Below, in pieces: positions 59,472 through 62,004 of a stretch of DNA of 62,004 nucleotides. The notes beneath the pieces were generated by a model that saw nothing but the letters and a program-made list of their open reading frames with translations, ran no database searches and was not told the DNA's origin. The position numbers and the translations under genes are program-made. Location: contig MFNJ01000048.1 in the NCBI GenBank assembly GCA_001782015.1, positions 1 through 62,004 of the forward strand, in the 5' to 3' direction. How positions within the stretch are numbered: position 1 is the stretch's first letter; each line of letters starts with the position of its first letter. Source of the DNA: Candidatus Levybacteria bacterium RIFCSPHIGHO2_01_FULL_36_15 (GTDB taxonomy: Bacteria > Patescibacteriota > Microgenomatia > Levybacterales > GWA1-39-11).

Positions 59472-60674
59472 CTATTCCACAAAAGTTAAAGCAACACCTC
59501 GTTTGCCCGCGCGTCCTGTTCTTCCTATTCTATGAACGTAGTCATCGTAGGACTCAGGAGCATCATAATTAATCACGTGGGTTACGTTTTCAATATCCAG
59601 TCCGCGTGAAGCAACGTCTGTTGCTATTAAGATTTGTAATCGGTCATTCTTAAATTCCTGCAGTACGCGTTGACGCTGATTCTGTGATTTATTACCATGA
59701 ATTGCGGCTGTCCTAAAACCGCGCTCAACAAGAATCTTTGACAGTTTTTCCATTCCCCACTTTGTTCTGCCAAAAATTAAAACCTTATCAAATCCCGGCT
59801 GGATTAATAAATCATGCAGTACGTCTATTTTTGGCCGGTTGCCCGTTAGCCTTACAATATCCTGGTCTATATTTTCCGCGGTATCCTGCTGCTTTACTGA
59901 AACTGTTACCGGATTTGTCACAAAGCTTTGTAAAATCTCCCGTGTCTTTCCATCAACAGTCGCAGAAAAAAATAATGATTGGCGGATTTTAGGGAGAAGC
60001 GAAATGAGATATTTGATGTCTTTTATAAATCCTATATCAACCATTCTGTCCACTTCATCAAGAACTACATTTTGAAAAAGCGATAAATTCAATTCCCTTC
60101 TTTCTATTAAATCTTTTAATCTGCCCGGAGTGCCTATAACAAAATGCGGCCTGTGCCTGAGCCCATATGTTTGACTTCTAATGCTCACCCCTCCAATGGT
60201 GGTAACTACCTCAAGACCCATTCCTTTTGCGAAAATTTGAAATTCCTCCCCAATTTGAACAGCAAGTTCACGAGTAGGAACAACAATTAAAACCCTTTGA
60301 CTGCGGTCAAGATATGCTTTATTAATAAGTGAAATAAGAAACGCCGCAGTTTTACCTGTTCCCGTATTGGCAATACCAATAATATCGCGCCCGGCAAGTA
60401 TTTGGGGAATTGCTTTTTCCTGTATAGCGGTTGGAATAGAGTAGCCGTGGTCTATAATGTTGCGTTTCAGCGTGTCTACAATTGCGTATTCAGCAAACTG
60501 CACGCTTGACACATATTCAGTTTGTATATTTGCTTCTTTTGCTTTCCTGATGAAAAGATTAGGATCAAGCTTTTTCACGTGCTTTCTTATTCCACGTTGG
60601 AAATTTGCTCTTGGAGCATAAAAATTATTACCGTTTCTGCCACGGTTATGATTTCTGTATCTAGACCTATACAT
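59472..60674 (-). CDS. DEAD-box RNA helicase
   Basis: PTAIQ, TGTGKT, PTRELA, DEVD, SAT, RGLD, HRIGRTGR. Confidence 0.95.
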   Translation of the reverse strand: MYRSRYRNHNRGRNGNNFYAPRANFQRGIRKHVKKLDPNLFIRKAKEANIQTEYVSSVQFAEYAIVDTLKRNIIDHGYSIPTAIQEKAIPQILAGRDIIGIANTGTGKTAAFLISLINKAYLDRSQRVLIVVPTRELAVQIGEEFQIFAKGMGLEVVTTIGGVSIRSQTYGLRHRPHFVIGTPGRLKDLIERRELNLSLFQNVVLDEVDRMVDIGFIKDIKYLISLLPKIRQSLFFSATVDGKTREILQSFVTNPVTVSVKQQDTAENIDQDIVRLTGNRPKIDVLHDLLIQPGFDKVLIFGRTKWGMEKLSKILVERGFRTAAIHGNKSQNQRQRVLQEFKNDRLQILIATDVASRGLDIENVTHVINYDAPESYDDYVHRIGRTGRAGKRGVALTFVE

Positions 60675-60678
60675 ATCT

Positions 60679-60936
60679 TTATCTTTTTTCTTGTGGTTTG
60701 GCTTCTTTTACGGCAATTGGGCGGCCATTAAGTTCTGAACCATTAAGCTTGTCCATAGCTGTTTTTGCTTCTTCTTCCGTACCCATTTCAACAAACCCAA
60801 AACCCTTGCCCTGGCCTGTATTTCTATCAACAATTACTTTTGCAGATAAAACTTTTCCGATTTTTGAAAAATGTTCTTCCAGTTGTGAATCAGTAGTTGA
60901 ATAGTCAAGACTTCCTATAAATAATTTATTTGTCAT
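60679..60936 (-). CDS. RRM RNA-binding protein
   Basis: LFIGSL and KGFGFVEM. Confidence 0.95.
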   Translation of the reverse strand: MTNKLFIGSLDYSTTDSQLEEHFSKIGKVLSAKVIVDRNTGQGKGFGFVEMGTEEEAKTAMDKLNGSELNGRPIAVKEAKPQEKR

Positions 60937-61150
60937 TTCTTTCCTCCTTTCTTTAAATGTTGCGTGTATTACGCTGATATGTCTGCTTAGAAGATGAAAT
61001 TATTTTCTATTAGGAAGAAGATACAAGTGGAAAAAAATCAAATTAAAGTATCTTTTATCTTTACTAAAAAATTCAATCAAATATAAGCAGATGTACCAAC
61101 GTACTGTCTGCACCATAAAACATCATAGCATAATAATATAAATATGTCAA
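60937..61150 (-). promoter_or_regulatory. promoter and conserved structured 5' leader of RRM gene, copy 2
   Basis: TTGACA-17-TATGAT; ordered blocks shared with 54370-54578. Confidence 0.65.
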
Positions 61151-61240
61151 TAATGCTATAGGACGTTTTTCTGAATCTTCCGGCATGTGTTTGGAGTTTT
61201 TCAAAGACAAATTTCTCTCACAAGCAGTTTTATGATGAAT

Positions 61241-61273
61241 AAAAAAACAACCCACCGATTTCTCGATGGGTTG
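61241..61273 (-). terminator. intrinsic terminator
   Basis: CAACCCA...TGGGTTG hairpin followed by a T-run on the minus strand. Confidence 0.65.
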
Positions 61274-61365
61274 CCTTAAAATCTTTGGTAAACAATCTTA
61301 AATTGTATTGTACTCAAAGAAATATTCTGAAAGGTTCCAAGTGTTGAACACACCTTCCGTCATAA

Positions 61366-61848
61366 TTACGGAATCAAGTTGTGCTCGAACAGATAAGAAC
61401 CTGGATTCCAAGCATTCAGATTCGCTCCAGTAACATCACTCGACTTAACGAGCCAAATCTTGTATTTGCCCAGAGTTTCTCCACCCGATCCGATGTCAAC
61501 TGTACCCGCTATGTGAACATTCCCAGCGGCATCTGCCACGTCACTGCCAATCACAGTTACACTTGGCCAGCCGTTGTATTCAACCAGGGTATAATCCGTG
61601 CCAGGGACAAGTCCGTGCCCGTTGAAGGGGCCTGAGATTGTGGTGCCAGAGAGACTGTAATTGTACTTCCCCCAAGCTTCATCCCAAACGATATTCCAAC
61701 TTGCATCTTTCTGATACAGGTATAAGTTGTTCGGATTATCGTTGGCTGGACTGTCCTTTCCGCCCGGCGCAGCCAATGCTGGAATTGCTATGCTTCCAAG
61801 CACTACTGCGCTTGCTGCTGCTCCTACTAAAAATTTCTTAATATTCAT
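61366..61848 (-). CDS. secreted hypothetical protein
   Basis: Signal peptide ending ALA; strong SD AAGGGAGGTGA. Confidence 0.8.
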   Translation of the reverse strand: MNIKKFLVGAAASAVVLGSIAIPALAAPGGKDSPANDNPNNLYLYQKDASWNIVWDEAWGKYNYSLSGTTISGPFNGHGLVPGTDYTLVEYNGWPSVTVIGSDVADAAGNVHIAGTVDIGSGGETLGKYKIWLVKSSDVTGANLNAWNPGSYLFEHNLIP

Positions 61849-62004
61849 TTATTTTCACCTCCCTTCTATGTTAAGTTTCTAAAAATGGAATTTAGAGTTT
61901 ATGAATTTTATTTATATAAAAGTTACTTGAAGTTTTACGAAGAAATTGACTAAGATATCCTGCCATAGACATAAATAAACTTTAGCAAACTATTTTTATA
62001 AAGT

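Overview
A 62-kb AT-rich bacterial chromosomal window. Gene content and style suggest a Patescibacteria/CPR genome of the Microgenomates type; this is an inference, not a database result. From left to right: (1) 1-300, a minus-strand tRNA cluster in which an intact tRNA-Pro(UGG) sits inside a structured ~140-nt insertion in the anticodon loop of a second tRNA-Pro-like gene. This is the most unusual feature of the window. (2) 1.3-20.8 kb, a 15-gene surface-glycan operon: processive GT2, flippase-GT4 fusion, WecE, GT2s/GT4s, deacetylase, two GNATs, two GT-C proteins (one with a hydrolase-like tail), ending in a sortase and its likely substrate. (3) ruvCAB, a PLD-family protein, tRNA-Ala preceded by a pseudoknotted leader RNA, rarA and tRNA-Leu. 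(4) 26-41 kb, an envelope/stress region: two D,D-carboxypeptidases, GDH, GlsB, an orphan YhbH with an apparent leader-peptide attenuator, an OmpR/HK pair, two secreted Asn/Thr/Gly-repeat proteins, and recurring TAAGA-N6-TAAGA boxes. (5) A MITE-like element, enolase, housekeeping and membrane genes, two RRM genes sharing a conserved switch-like 5' leader, and a ~210-nt structured ncRNA candidate. No CRISPR array, rRNA or transposase was seen. All RNA structures were paired by eye and all protein calls rest on motif recognition, without database searches.
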